This document shows positions 28,670 to 42,006 of a stretch of 64,000 nt of DNA, piece by piece. Origin of the DNA: Octopus vulgaris (Eukaryota); NCBI GenBank assembly GCA_951406725.2, contig OX597830.1:32054001-32118000 (forward strand), given 5' to 3'. Under the pieces are notes generated by a model. That model saw only the letters and a list, made by a program, of their open reading frames with translations, searched no databases and had not been told where the DNA came from. The first letter of the stretch is position 1; each line of letters opens with the position of its first letter. The position numbers were made by a program, and so were the translations under genes.

Positions 28670-28892
28670 TAATATGTGACAATTATTTGGTAGCCATGAT
28701 AAAACTCTGAGTTTCAGATGTTGGATCAGAAACCCACAATGGCATCTCTTTAGTTATTGAGCCATCAAAAAGCAAAAAATTTTTTTCTTTTTTTCAATGG
28801 TCCGATAACTGAAGAGATGCCAGCATAGGTTTCCGCCCCGACATCCAAAATTCAGAGTTTTATCATGGCTACCGAATGATTGTTACATATTA
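28670..28892. repeat. ~220-bp inverted duplication of a hammerhead-like element
   Basis: TAATATGTGACAATTATTTGGTAGCCATGATAAAACTCTGA pairs with TCAGAGTTTTATCATGGCTACCGAATGATTGTTACATATTA; A/T-run centre. Confidence 0.8.
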
Positions 28893-29679
28893 TATATATA
28901 TATATATATTTTGCATACATCCATATATACCAGCATCAACATCATCATCATTTAAAGTCTGTTTTCCTTTCTGGCATAGGTTGAATGGTTTGACTGAGAC
29001 CCGGACAGCCAGCGGATGCACCAAGCTCCACTCTGATCTGGCACAGGAGCCAATCAGGGGGTACTGGCATCAGCCACGTTTGGATGGTGTTTTTATGTGC
29101 CACCGGGAGAGTCGGGCGGTCCTGGCAGCAATCATGTTCAGGTAGTGTTTTTTTATGTGCCAACTGCATGGGAGCCAGTTAGTGGGTATTGGCGTTGGCA
29201 ATGTTTGGATGGTGTTATTTACATGCCACTCCCTTATGACAATCCATAGTTCTATTTCTAAGGAACTATTCTTGTGATACACATGGTAAAATTTTGGAGG
29301 GAAAGTACGAATTCATTCGTCTATATGAATTTGGCCTATGCTGGCTACCTTCTACTATTCCGATGATGCTGGCTCGGGAAGTTGAGGGTATGTATAGCAT
29401 TTGCAAAATCTATTTCAGTGGAATGTTGCGCTGAGAAAGGAAATGAATTGATTTATAATTCTAATCCAGAAACGCGTCCGTAACTGACCCTATACTTTGT
29501 TTTTGTTATTTTTTCCTTCTGTTTTACATATGTGAATTACATGGATATGTTGTATGTGGAGTCATATTTGTAGAAAATAGAAATAAACAGTCTTTGACTG
29601 CTATTTCTGATTTTTCGGTATGTGGCTAAACAACCTGTTGCCTGTCCCTTTTTATTTATATATATATATAGAGAGAGTA

Positions 29680-30210
29680 CCTGGCATTAGGAAGGGCATC
29701 CAGCTGTAGAAACACTGCCAGATCAGACTGGGCCTGGTTCAGCCTTCTGGCTTCCCAGACCCCAGTTGAACCATCCAACCCATGCCAGCATGGAAAGCGG
29801 ATGTTAAACGATGATGATGATGATGATGATATAGAACTCTTTTTAAAAAAGTTCCTACTGATAATGGTTATATTTACATACAGAAATCTACCCGAAAATA
29901 ATTGTTGGTTTTTAAAATTAATAATTATTTACCCTTATATTATATACATATATATATATATACACACACATACATACATACATACAAACATATATACATA
30001 CATACATACTTCTGACCCTCGTGCTGGCAGCATGTAAAAGCACTCACTACACTCTCGGAATGGTTGGCATTAGGAAGGGCATCCAGCTGTAGAAACTCTG
30101 CCAGATCAAGATTGGAGCCTGGTGCAGCCATCTTGTTTGCCAGTCCTCAGTCAAATCGTCCAACCCATGCTAGCATGGAAAGCAGATTTGAACGATGATG
30201 ATGATGATGA
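29680..30210 (+). mobile_element. Two family D SINE 3' parts (about 29680-29830 and 30020-30210)
   Basis: TTAGGAAGGGCATCCAGCTGTAGAAAC...CCAACCCATG..AGCATGGAAAGC..(GAT)n. Confidence 0.8.
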
Positions 30211-30429
30211 TATATATATATGTATGTATGTATGTATATTTATGTGTGCGCGTCATTGTGTGTGTGTTTGTCCATCCCCCACCATTGCTTGACATCAACC
30301 CCAGTACTCAACTGGTACTCATTTTATTGACCCTGAAAGGATGAAGGGCAAAGTTGACCTTGGCAGAATTTGAACTTAGAACATAATGAGCCGGAAAAAA
30401 CCTGCTGCTAAGAGTTTCAGCCTGTATAC

Positions 30430-30648
30430 TCTTTACTCTCTTTTACTCTTTTACTTGTTTCAGTCATTTGACTGCGGCCATGCTGGAGCACTGCCTTTAA
30501 TCGAGCAACTCGACCCCAGGACTTATTCTTTTTGTAAGCCCAGTACTTATTCTATCAGTCTCTTTTGCTGAACCGCTAAGTGAGGGTGACATAAACACAC
30601 CAGCATCGGTTGTCAAGCAATGCTAGGGGGACAAACACAGACACACAA

Positions 30649-30697
<49 letters not shown>

Positions 30698-30863
30698 TAC
30701 GACAGGCTTCTTTCAGTTTCCGTCTACCAAATCCACTCACAAGGCTTTGGTCGGCCCGAGGCTATAGTAGAAGACACTTGCCCAAGGTGCCACACAGTAG
30801 GACTGAACCCGGAACCATGTGGTTGGTAAACAAGCTACTTACCACACAGCCACTCCTACACCT
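30430..30863 (-). mobile_element. SINE family B, full-length
   Basis: Reverse complement of the family B sequence. Confidence 0.85.
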
Positions 30864-31059
30864 ATGCTGACAATTCTGTTACCACTACCTTAATACTGGG
30901 ATTGATGTTATCAACTAATGGCATTTTCCTTCAGAATTGCTACCCTAGTTTCAAAATAAGAAACAGTTATTCTAATACAACCTACAGTTCTTTGAAATTT
31001 ATGGGGGTTATGATTTCAAGGACATTCAGCTGTTATTTCTACCAGCACCGCATCGACTG

Positions 31060-31315
31060 GCATCCGTGCTGGTGGCACGTAAAAAGCAACATCCGAGCGT
31101 GGTCGTTCGCCAGCCTCATCTGGCACCTGTGTCGGTGGCACATAAAAAGCACCCACTACACTCACGGAGTGGTTGGCGTTAGGAAGGGCATCCAGCTGTA
31201 GAAACACCGCCAGATCTGACTGGCCTGGTGCAGCCTTCGGGCTTCCCAGACCCCAGTTGAACCATCCAACCCATGCTAGCATGGAAAGCGGACGTTAAAC
31301 GATGATGATGATGAT
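31060..31315 (+). mobile_element. SINE family D, CpG-retaining (probably young) copy
   Basis: GGCACGTAAAAAGCA..GGTTGGCGTTAGGAAGGGCATCCAGCTGTAGAAAC..GGACGTTAAACGATGATGAT. Confidence 0.8.
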
Positions 31316-31445
31316 CTAGCAATCATGCGGAGGTCAATGGTGGTAGTAGTTATGGTACCACTGTTGTGGACACCACACTTCAATTCCTGTGTTTCTATAT
31401 TGTATTCCCATTTTTCTCTTTCATACATGTATATATATATGTATA

Positions 31446-31590
<145 letters not shown>

Positions 31591-31633
31591 TTATATATAT
31601 ATATATATATATTATTATATATATATATATTTA

Positions 31634-31718
<85 letters not shown>

Positions 31719-32072
31719 TGTATATACACACACACACACATCATCTTCATTACCTTCATCATCATCATCTTCATCATTTAATGTCCGTTTTCCATGCTCT
31801 GTGTGTATATATATGAGTGTATGCATGTGTTATTTTAGTAATAATATTTGGTAAGAGATTTGTAAATCTCTGACACCTCAACATAATTCTTGTTTGCTCA
31901 AGCTGAACGATTTCAGCTTTATCTACATCAATATCATTATGTATTTTAAAGATTTGGTATGGACAGAATAAATTATTAATCAAATAGTCACACGCATGTG
32001 CACACAAGCACGCACACACACCAACACACTCGCATATGTGTGTGTATATATATATATATATATATACATATG

Positions 32073-32115
<43 letters not shown>

Positions 32116-32191
32116 TTATGTACATATAAATGTGTATGTGTATATATACATATATAGATAGATATGAATAGATATATAGATATAGATACTG

Positions 32192-32232
<41 letters not shown>

Positions 32233-32325
32233 GTATGTATGTATGTATGTATGTATGTATGTATAAATGTATGTATGTATAAATATATATGTGTATTATG
32301 TGTGTATATAAACATATATATATAT

Positions 32326-32365
<40 letters not shown>

Positions 32366-32473
32366 GTAGATTGACAAATATAGGCATGTGTGTATGTATG
32401 AAAGCATAAAATAATTGTAGACAAAATTTTCCACAACATGTGTGTTTGTGTTTGTGTATATATATATATATGC

Positions 32474-32518
<45 letters not shown>

Positions 32519-32878
32519 CATATACGCACACACAAATATATGTAAAATCCTAGTCATCATTTTTAGCATCACCCTTCTGTGCTTTCAAGGTTCAGAAAGA
32601 TTTGGTGATTTTTTGCATGCTGAATGCTTTTCCTGTCACTTACTCTCACCTGTTTCCAAGTAATGTAATACTTCTTCCAATGTGGGCATATTTTTATGAG
32701 AAACTGAAAATGAGGGACACTGCTTGCATGATGGTGACACTTGTCTACAACTATCTTGTGACATAAAACCAAGGACATATAAACATACCCACACACACAC
32801 ATACATACATACTCTCACAAATATGCATGCACACTTGTGTAGGTATTAAACATAATTTGTCCTCAGATTTTCGTTTAT

Positions 32879-33297
32879 AGGCATAGGAGTGGCTGTGTGG
32901 TAATTAGCTTGCTTACCAATCACATGGTTTGGGGTTCAGTCCCACGGTGTGGCACCTTGGGCAAGTGTCTTCTACTATAGCCTCAGGCCGACCAAAGCCT
33001 TGTGAGTGGATTTGGTAGGCGGAAACTGAAAGCAGCCTGTCGTATATATGTATATACATATATATATATATATATGTGTATGTGTTTGTGTGTCTGTGTT
33101 TGTCCCACCCAAACATCGCTTGACAACCAATGCTGATGTGTTTATGTCCCCTGTAACTTATCAGTTCAGCAAAAGAGACCAATAGAATAAGTACTAGGCT
33201 TACAAAGATTAAGTCCTGGCGTCGATTTGCTCGACTAAAGTCGGTGCTCCAGCATGGCCACAGTCAAATGACTGAAATAAGTTAAAGAGTAAAAAGA
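32879..33297 (+). mobile_element. SINE family B, full-length
   Basis: Complete head, CORE-like region, internal microsatellite and tail. Confidence 0.85.
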
Positions 33298-33334
33298 CTA
33301 TATCTAGATAAAGTACAAAGTGTATATCTGAGAT

Positions 33335-33736
33335 CTGAATAAAACATGAAATTAAGTTAAACTTTCTTTTATAACATCATAAACGGAGAAAATTTATAAG
33401 TGTTTCACTAGCATATATTAGTGTGTGATGTGGTAACCATCACATAGATGATTGTGTAATCACCTTAGAATACCAGATCCTCAGAAAAAAATATGTAATT
33501 TAATCTACTATTGGTTACCAGGCTTGGCTCTGCTTACTAGCTGATGTTGGTAACCAGCATCATTTGAAATTACGTTTCTATTCTGAGGATCTGGCATTCG
33601 AATGTAATTATGCAATCATCTATGAAACATTTACCAAATGAAACACTAATATACAATAGTGAAACACATGTAAAGATTATGTAATTTCTGACGTTATAGT
33701 AAATAGCTTAACCAAATCCCTTGTTTCATTCCACAC

Positions 33737-33793
<57 letters not shown>

Positions 33794-33825
33794 TCAAGTG
33801 TGGAATGAAACAAGGGATTTGGTTA
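33335..33825. repeat. Long imperfect inverted repeat plus overlapping perfect 35-bp inverted repeat around (TA)n
   Basis: About 33335-33490 versus 33580-33735; 33709-33743 is the exact reverse complement of 33791-33825. Confidence 0.8.
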
Positions 33826-33834
33826 TATATATAC

Positions 33835-33873
<39 letters not shown>

Positions 33874-33904
33874 GAGAGAGAGTAGTGAGAAAGAGAGACA
33901 TGTA

Positions 33905-33954
<50 letters not shown>

Positions 33955-34307
33955 TGTATACATATATAAGTATGTATATATATATGCGTGTGTGTGTGTG
34001 TGTGTGTGTGTGCACAGAGATACGTGTGTGAAGGTGTTTGTGCTACAAGGTAAGATCATGCATAATTCCTCAGCATTGTGCATCATTGGTTCGCTCTTTC
34101 CATCTATTCTTTCATTTATGTCACACTTCCAAATAATTCTCAAATTTATGAATATTCAGTGAAAAATACCTTGCTAAGACTAATTATGGTGTACCCTATG
34201 GAGTACGTGCATGCGTTATTACTGAGAATATATCCACATATATTTATATTATACATACATGCATAAATAATACATACATATATATATATATATATATTTA
34301 ATATACA

Positions 34308-34352
<45 letters not shown>

Positions 34353-34584
34353 ATAGTATGTATGTATGTAAGTGTGTATATGTATATGTGTATATATAAA
34401 TGTAATTCCTTTCTCTAATGCAAAAGAGTCAAGTTGTTATACTACGATGTTGATGCTGTATAGATTTGATTGGATGCATTGCACATACCATACATATAGA
34501 TAAGCCCATTAGCACACACACACACATACACACACATGCACACATGTATATATGTATATATATATATATATGTATCTATCTATC

Positions 34585-34626
<42 letters not shown>

Positions 34627-34652
34627 TATACATACATATATGTATATATGTA

Positions 34653-34690
<38 letters not shown>

Positions 34691-34884
34691 TACAAATAGC
34701 TGTATGTGCCCACATCCAGACATACGAGTTAAACATATGCAACGTTGCACGCGAGATAGTTAATTCTTTCTGGTTCGATGGAAGATTTCATGAAGAAAGT
34801 CAATGTTTCGTTGCAACTTATTATCTCTCTGCTACAGATCCTGGCTTATTTATTTACTTACCTACTTCTTCACTCATTATCTTA

Positions 34885-35498
34885 GTGTTGTTGCTGTTGC
34901 TGATGATGAAGATGATGATGATGGTGGTGGTGATGAAGATGGTGATGGTGATGGTGGTGGTGGTGGTAGTGGTGGTGGTGATGTTGGAGGTGATGGTAAC
35001 TGATGTTGGCAGTGTTGTTTTTATTGTTGTTGTTAGTGATGGTGGTGGTACTGATGGTGGTGATGTTGGTGGTTGTGGTGTTGTTGGTGATGGCAGTGAT
35101 GGTGATGGTGGTCGCATTAATGATGATGAAAATGAGGATGATGATGGTAGTAGTGGAGGCAGTGGTGGTGGTGCTGGTGCTGGTGGTGGAGGCAGTAGTG
35201 GTGGATGGTAGTGGTGGTAGTGGAGGCAGTGGTGGTGGAAGCAGTGGTGGTGGTGGTTGTGGTGCTGGTGGTGGCAGTTGTCATGGAATGGTAGTGAAGG
35301 AGATAATGATGATGATGACAATGTTTATAATGATGACAATGTTGATGATGACGATGATGATGATGGTTATGAAGATGATGATGATGGTGCTGATGGTGAC
35401 GGTTGTAGTGCTAATGGCATTGATAGAGTTGATGGTGGTGACGTGATTTCATCGTTGCTGTTATTGTCATTGTTAATGATGAGAATGATTCACCATAC

Positions 35499-35538
<40 letters not shown>

Positions 35539-35560
35539 GTCAGCAGCAATAGCAGCAGCA
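34885..35560. repeat. Degenerate (GGT/GAT)n and (CAT)n low-complexity block
   Basis: Directly visible. Confidence 0.9.
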
Positions 35561-35927
35561 ACATCATGATATATTAATAGATGCTATTGTTTCTTTGGTT
35601 AGTTGACAAAAAAAAAATAGATGAGAGAACCTTTTTTTCCCCATAATTTTTTCTTTCACTTTTCTTTCTCCCCTTTTTTTTTATTCCTACAAACTTCTTT
35701 GTTTTGTCTCCTTCAGGTTTTTTTTTTATCCACCTTCAACCCTTTCCCTACACCCTCTCGGTCCCCACCCACATGAAGTTAATGTAATATCTCCGAATGT
35801 TTAACTCTGATGATGAATGCTTTTAAAATAATCGTAGTTCAATTAATTAAATAAAGCTTGAAAGCTTTCCAAAATTCTACAACTCACAGGGGATAGCAGT
35901 AACGAATATATGTAGAATATATAGCTT

Positions 35928-35975
<48 letters not shown>

Positions 35976-36023
35976 TTGCATACATATATATGCCTATATA
36001 TGTATGTATGTATGTATGTATAG

Positions 36024-36055
<32 letters not shown>

Positions 36056-36482
36056 ATATATGGAACCAAGAATATATGAATAATGACATTGCAGAGGCTC
36101 GAGGGCTTATATATACATACTTACATATGTATATGTATGTGTATATATGTAAAACAAAAAATTTAACACACACAAGCGCATATGTGTGTGTATACATATG
36201 TAAGTATGCATGCGCATACATATATATCCATATAAATATATTTGTATATATGCATGGACAAACATACATATGTATATAGCTGTATGTGTGTGAGTGTGTG
36301 TGTGTGTATATATATGTGTGTGTACGTGTGTATATATATACACACACATAGGTACATGTAGATGTATGTATGTCTATGTAGATGTATATATTAATATATA
36401 TGTGCATATGTATATACAGGCATGTATATATATATGTATATATATATATACATACACATACATATATATTTGTACATATGTT

Positions 36483-36526
<44 letters not shown>

Positions 36527-37508
36527 TAAATATATGTATATATAGTGTATGTGTGTGTGTAGATTTGTGTGCATTGTATATATGTGAGGAAATATATGTG
36601 CATATGCGCTTGTGTGTGTTTAAATGACTGTTTGTATTTTTCTCATTTGAATAAAATATTGTATATACCAAGAATTCATGACAGATTTTGAATCTTTGAT
36701 AAAAAGGAACAGATGACTCAAAACTTGGGATTATCTAAAAAAAAAAATATATATATATACTTAGTAAGATGTAGTAGTCTTTGGATTAGTTTATATACAT
36801 TATTGGATCAAAAGTTAAAACTTAGTGATCACCACTTAAGATAGCAATAGGCTTTACGGTTATTTTGGGAGTGAAAAAAGTAAACACTGTTTATTGCCTT
36901 GTAACTTCTGGACACTAAATATCTCTCATGGTTGAAAGAATAAGAGGAGGACAAGGGAGAGATGTCTCAACCTCAACTGTAGTCATCGCTCATTCTCCCA
37001 TCTGTTTTTCCTGTGATGGAAGCTCTTTGGTTCTGTAAGTTACAAAGCTACCTCACTAGTGCTGGTGCCACATAAGATGCACCCTGTAAACTCTGTAAAA
37101 CTGTTGATGAATCAAATAAATCAAATAAAGATGATGCAATGTTGGTGGCTTTTTTTAGTTTTGCTAAGGGCAAGACAACCTCTTTGGTGCCGATGCCAAA
37201 TAAATAAATAAATAAATAAATGGTCTCATATGCTCTGTAAAGTGGCTGGAGTAATAAAGAACATCCAGCAGGGGAAACCATACCAAAACTGAAGCACTGG
37301 TGGAAATCGTGATATGTCAAACAAAGAAATCAGAAGTAAAATGATAATGAGGATGATAGCAATAACTTGTTTAAAAATAAGGTCCAAAAAATTTTATTTT
37401 CTAAACATTTGCATAGAGATAGTATCTAGACAGAAAAAAGAATGACTTATATCAAATAGAGAGAGAGAGAGAGAGAGAATGATTGAGGATTGACTGAAAA
37501 GCAGTGAG

Positions 37509-38327
37509 TTAACTCTATCATTCTGATTATTCTGCCAAATGTAATGCTTGTTATTCACATTGTTTTGTATTCAATTATGGTTTATCTTCATTATTTACAT
37601 TATTTATATTTGACAGATATTTGTCGTCTTCTTGTTTGTTGTTAACACAACTTTTCAGCTGATATACACTCCAGCCTTCATCAGGTGTCTTGGGGAAATT
37701 TTGAACCTGGCTTCTCATTTCTAAGATATTTTTCAATGTTATTATTATCATTATTTTTATTATTATTCAGGTCACTGCCTGGAATCGAACTTGGAATCTT
37801 GGGGTTAGTAACCCGCACTCTTAACCACTATGCCATATGCCCATGGGCATATGGCAAAACGTGTTAACAACAAACAAGATGAGGACAAATATCCATCAAA
37901 TGTAAATATTGTACATAATTCCTCATCTCTTAAATATAGAACTGAATGGTTTATCTTGTAGCTTTGAGATATGCCTGATGTGATTGTTTATTTATAGAAT
38001 GACATTGTAGGGTATGTGCGAGAGGCCATATCTGGCCAGTTTGAGAATAAGATGAGTAGAATATGTGGGTCAGATACGACCTGCTTAACCCTTTTGTTAC
38101 TGTATTTATTTTGAGATGCTCCGTGTTTCTTTCAGTTACTTTAAATATAACAAGGAATTTAGCAGAATTACTTGGTTATCATTAAGCTAGTGTTAGAAAC
38201 ATAAATTGTGACTAAAGTTTGGTGGAAGATTTTAATTCAGAACTTATGAAAACAAGACACTTGTACTCAGAGCCAGAGCTGGTTTCAGCCAGGCTGGTAA
38301 TGAAAGGGTTAAATGTTGAAGGTTTAA
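37509..38327. mobile_element. piggyBac-like MITE P1 interrupted by two younger insertions
   Basis: Flanking pieces resemble 5270-5490; hosts 37589-37945 and MITE P2 at 38089-38308 (TTAA at 38085-38088 and 38309-38312). Confidence 0.7.
37589..37945 (-). mobile_element. tRNA-headed, hammerhead-containing short retroelement with inverted 3' segment and 12-bp TSD
   Basis: Minus strand A box TGGCATAGTGG (37825-37835), B box GTTCGATTCC (37781-37790), HHR GACAC-CTGATGA-AGGCTG..CAGCT-GAAAAGTT-GTGTT (about 37644-37689); TSD ATGGTTTATCTT at 37577-37588 and 37946-37957. Confidence 0.75.
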
Positions 38328-38672
38328 GATGGTATAGAGCTAGATTTTTGGGAGAAGTTAGTTAAATCCATTGACTCACCTGGAACTTGACTGGCACTTA
38401 TTACTTTACCAGCTCTGCGGAGATGAAATGTAAAGTTTACCTCAGTACGATTTGAACTCAGAACATAAAACATAGGAAGAAATACAATAAAGTATTTTGT
38501 CTGACATTCTACTCTCTCTGCCAATTTGCTGTCAATTTTTAGCATGGTCACAAAATCATAGAGTTTCCAAGAAAGAGATAAAGTTTTTTTTTGTTGCTGC
38601 TTTTAAAGCATTCACTCATTACAAGGTCCTTCGACCAGTGAAAATATAACAGATTCTAGAATAAAATGGAAG

Positions 38673-39010
38673 CTAGACAGAAGTCAATAGGTGACGATGT
38701 ACATTAGACTTAAAAGAATCAAGGTCATATTGAAGAGGGAAACAAGACTGTGGAAGGAAATTCCAAAGGTCAGAGGTGCAAGGGAAGAAACTGGTACTAT
38801 AAAGTATTTTATGACACTTAGGAGGTTGCACATTACACTGATGAGAACTGAATGCAAGTCTAATTGATTGCTGATAAGTTGTTAAAGGAGGAACCAGAGA
38901 AGAGAGCTCAGATGAACAATGTCCCTCCATGAAAATACTTATAGAAGAGAGACAAAGAGGCCACACAACGACGATGAGAGAGGGAATCCAGTTTAGAAGA
39001 TAGATCAGGA
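38673..39010 (-). mobile_element. CR1/Jockey-group LINE ORF2 C-terminal remnant
   Basis: YSTSFFPCTSDLWNFLPQSCFPLQYDLDSFKSNVHRHL resembles the SFFPRT..LWN.LP C-terminal motif. Confidence 0.7.
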
Positions 39011-39339
39011 CCAATAGCATTACTAATAGTTTATGAAATTAATTCAGATAATCAAGTGGTACTTCATGTTATTGAACCTTAGAAAAACGAAAGGCAAGGC
39101 TGCCCTAAGTGGAATTTGAACATAAAGTCAGAACATAAAGCGACGTAACTAAATATCACGCATAATTTTATCCATTGTACAATTCAGTTGATTCTGCCAT
39201 TCACAAGACCCTATTATTTTTTGTTTTTAACGTTTAACTTGTTTCAGTCATTAGACTGTGGCCATGCTGGAGCACGACCTTGAAGAATTTTAGCTGACGG
39301 AATCAACCCCAGGACTTACTTTTAAGTCTGGTACCAATT

Positions 39340-39745
39340 CTTATTTCTTTACTACCCACAAGGGGCTGCACACAGAGGGGACAAACAAGGACAGACAAAT
39401 GGATTAAGTCAATTATATCGATCCCAGTGTGTAACTGGTACTTGTTTAATCGACCCGAAAGGATGAAAGGCAAAGTCGACCTTGGCGAAATTTGAACTCA
39501 GAACGTAGCGGCAGATGAAATATCTATTTCTTTACTACCCACAAGGGGCTAAACACAGAGAGGACAAACAAGGACAGACAAATGGATTAAATCGATTATA
39601 TCGACCCCAGTGCATATTTAATCAACCCTGAAAGGATGAAAGGCAAAGTCGACTTCGGTGGAATTTGAACTCAGAACATAGCAGCAGACAAAATACCGCT
39701 AAGCATTTCGCCCAGCATGCTAAAGTCTCTGCCAGCTTGCCGCCC
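39340..39745 (-). mobile_element. Tandem pair of family A SINE variants (different 3' tail) inserted within a family B SINE
   Basis: TATTTCTTTACTACCCACAAGGGGCT recurs at about 39343 and 39525; family B pieces on both sides. Confidence 0.75.
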
Positions 39746-39869
39746 TCTAATTCTATCAGTTTCTTTTGCCAAACTGGGGACATAGACAAAATACCAGTTA
39801 TCAGAATACCAGTGGTAGTGAAGCACTCACACACACATACACATATAAATAGGATAGGCTTCTTACAAT

Positions 39870-40400
39870 TTCCATCTACTAAAGAGAATAAGGACTGGAT
39901 GGAGGGCATTTAGCTCAATAAAGGATGTGCTCCAAACAAAACTAGACAATGCCATACATGCCAGACTCTTCATTAGCATTGTCCTACCTGAGCTCTTATA
40001 TGCAAATGAGACATGGGATACTATGATGAGGATAGAGCATCGATTGGCTACAACACAAAAGCCTATCAAAATATCCTTGCTAGGAACATCATTATTGGAG
40101 TATTTTCTAAATGAGATAGATCAAGAACAGAGTGGAGTGAACGATGTGATTGCAGAGTACCATAAGCACAAGTTCAGTGGGCCGGAATCTCACAAGGTTC
40201 ACAGACAACAGGTGGATCCATGCAGCTGCCAAGTGGTATTCTAGAGATTGGAAAAGTCCACTTGGAAGGTCTCCACAATGATGGGAAAACAATTTGGCCA
40301 AGGAATTTGGGCTAAGATGGAAAAGAACAGCACATTCGAGATAGAATGAAAAGAATGGCACATTCAATACAAGAATTGGAAATGCATTGTGTCTAGTGGT
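39870..40400 (+). mobile_element. Degenerate RTE-clade LINE ORF C-terminus
   Basis: IVLPELLYANETW..IEHRLATTQ..SLLG..SGVNDVI, then frameshifted WYSRDWKSPLGRSP. Confidence 0.7.
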
Positions 40401-40574
40401 GAGTAACAACATCTGATGGTCTGGTCAATTCTGTGAGACTGTGATATATAGACATATATGTATGTATGTATAATTCAAAACAAATTGCAATTTTAATGTA
40501 AATGATGATATCCATCCCAAAATTGAGAAGTAGCTTGCTTACCAACCACATGGTTCCAGGTTCAGTCCCACTGC

Positions 40575-40877
40575 TTTGTAAGCCTAGTACTTATTCTATT
40601 GGTCTCTTTTTGCCGAACCGCTAAGTTACGGGGATGTAAACACACCAGCATCAGATGTCAAGCTACGTTGGTGGGGCCAAACAAACACACACACACACAT
40701 ATACATATATACGATGGGCTTCTTTCAGTTTCCGTCCACCAAATCCACTCACAAGGCTTTGGTCGGCCCGAGGCTATAGTAGAAGACACTTTCCCAAGGT
40801 GCCACGCAGTGGGACTGAACCCGGAACCATGAGGTTGGTAAGCAAGCTACTTACCACACAACCACTCCTGTGCCTAT
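40575..40877 (-). mobile_element. SINE family B
   Basis: Reverse complement of the family B sequence. Confidence 0.8.
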
Positions 40878-41194
40878 AATAATTTCTAAATATGGAATAT
40901 TATCCTTCTTTTGTCTTTGCAATCATGAATGTTGCCTGTTATTGGTGGAGTTGTGAGTTGTCACAGTTGTTGCCACATTTGATTTTTGTTTAAATTTTTA
41001 TGTGATATCTTCTTTTTTTTTTACTTTCATTTATTCCCCTCCCTTGCATCCCCACCCTGATCAGTTCCAAACCTTGTGCCGTCTCGCCTGATTAAAAGAT
41101 ATTTTTATATGTATTCATTTGATTAAAACCAATGATAGATTTTCTTTTTACTTTATTTTTTAGCTTTGTTTTCCACTCTCCATTTTTTACTTCA

Positions 41195-41745
<551 letters not shown>

Positions 41746-41854
41746 TGCAGCTTTTTTTTCTTTTTCTTTTTTTTTTCCAAGGAACTCCAGTCAGAGTCAA
41801 CTGTTGGCATTTCTCCAATTCCATCAAGACAGGACTCTTTCTTTCTCTGCTTAC

Positions 41855-41896
41855 TCCCTACGTACATATCTCTCAGAATGGTTGGATGGTTGTGAG
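41855..41896 (-). CDS. Candidate isolated 42-nt exon, gene unidentified
   Basis: Minus strand CCTAAC branch-like motif, pyrimidine tract, TTCAG acceptor, GTAAGC donor; open as xHNHPTILRDMYVG or SQPSNHSERYVRR. Confidence 0.3.
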
Positions 41897-41966
41897 CTGA
41901 ATGGAGGGGGGGGAGATATTGGGAAAGGTTAGGTAAGACGAATGAAAAAGAGATCGGAAAAAAAAA

Positions 41967-42006
<40 letters not shown>

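Noticed and set aside
30610-30870. Recurring peptides such as RASFSFRLPNPLTRLWSARGYSRR and QSFDCGHAGAPP
   Set aside because: Translations of family B SINE copies; any database hits would probably be mis-annotated repeats.
34552-35577. Gly/Asp/Val-rich or Pro/Thr-rich ORFs
   Set aside because: Degenerate (GGT/GAT)n low complexity, open in most frames.
37770-37840. Functional tRNA gene
   Set aside because: A and B boxes are present but the acceptor stem does not pair, and it is embedded in a TSD-flanked element; treated as a SINE head.
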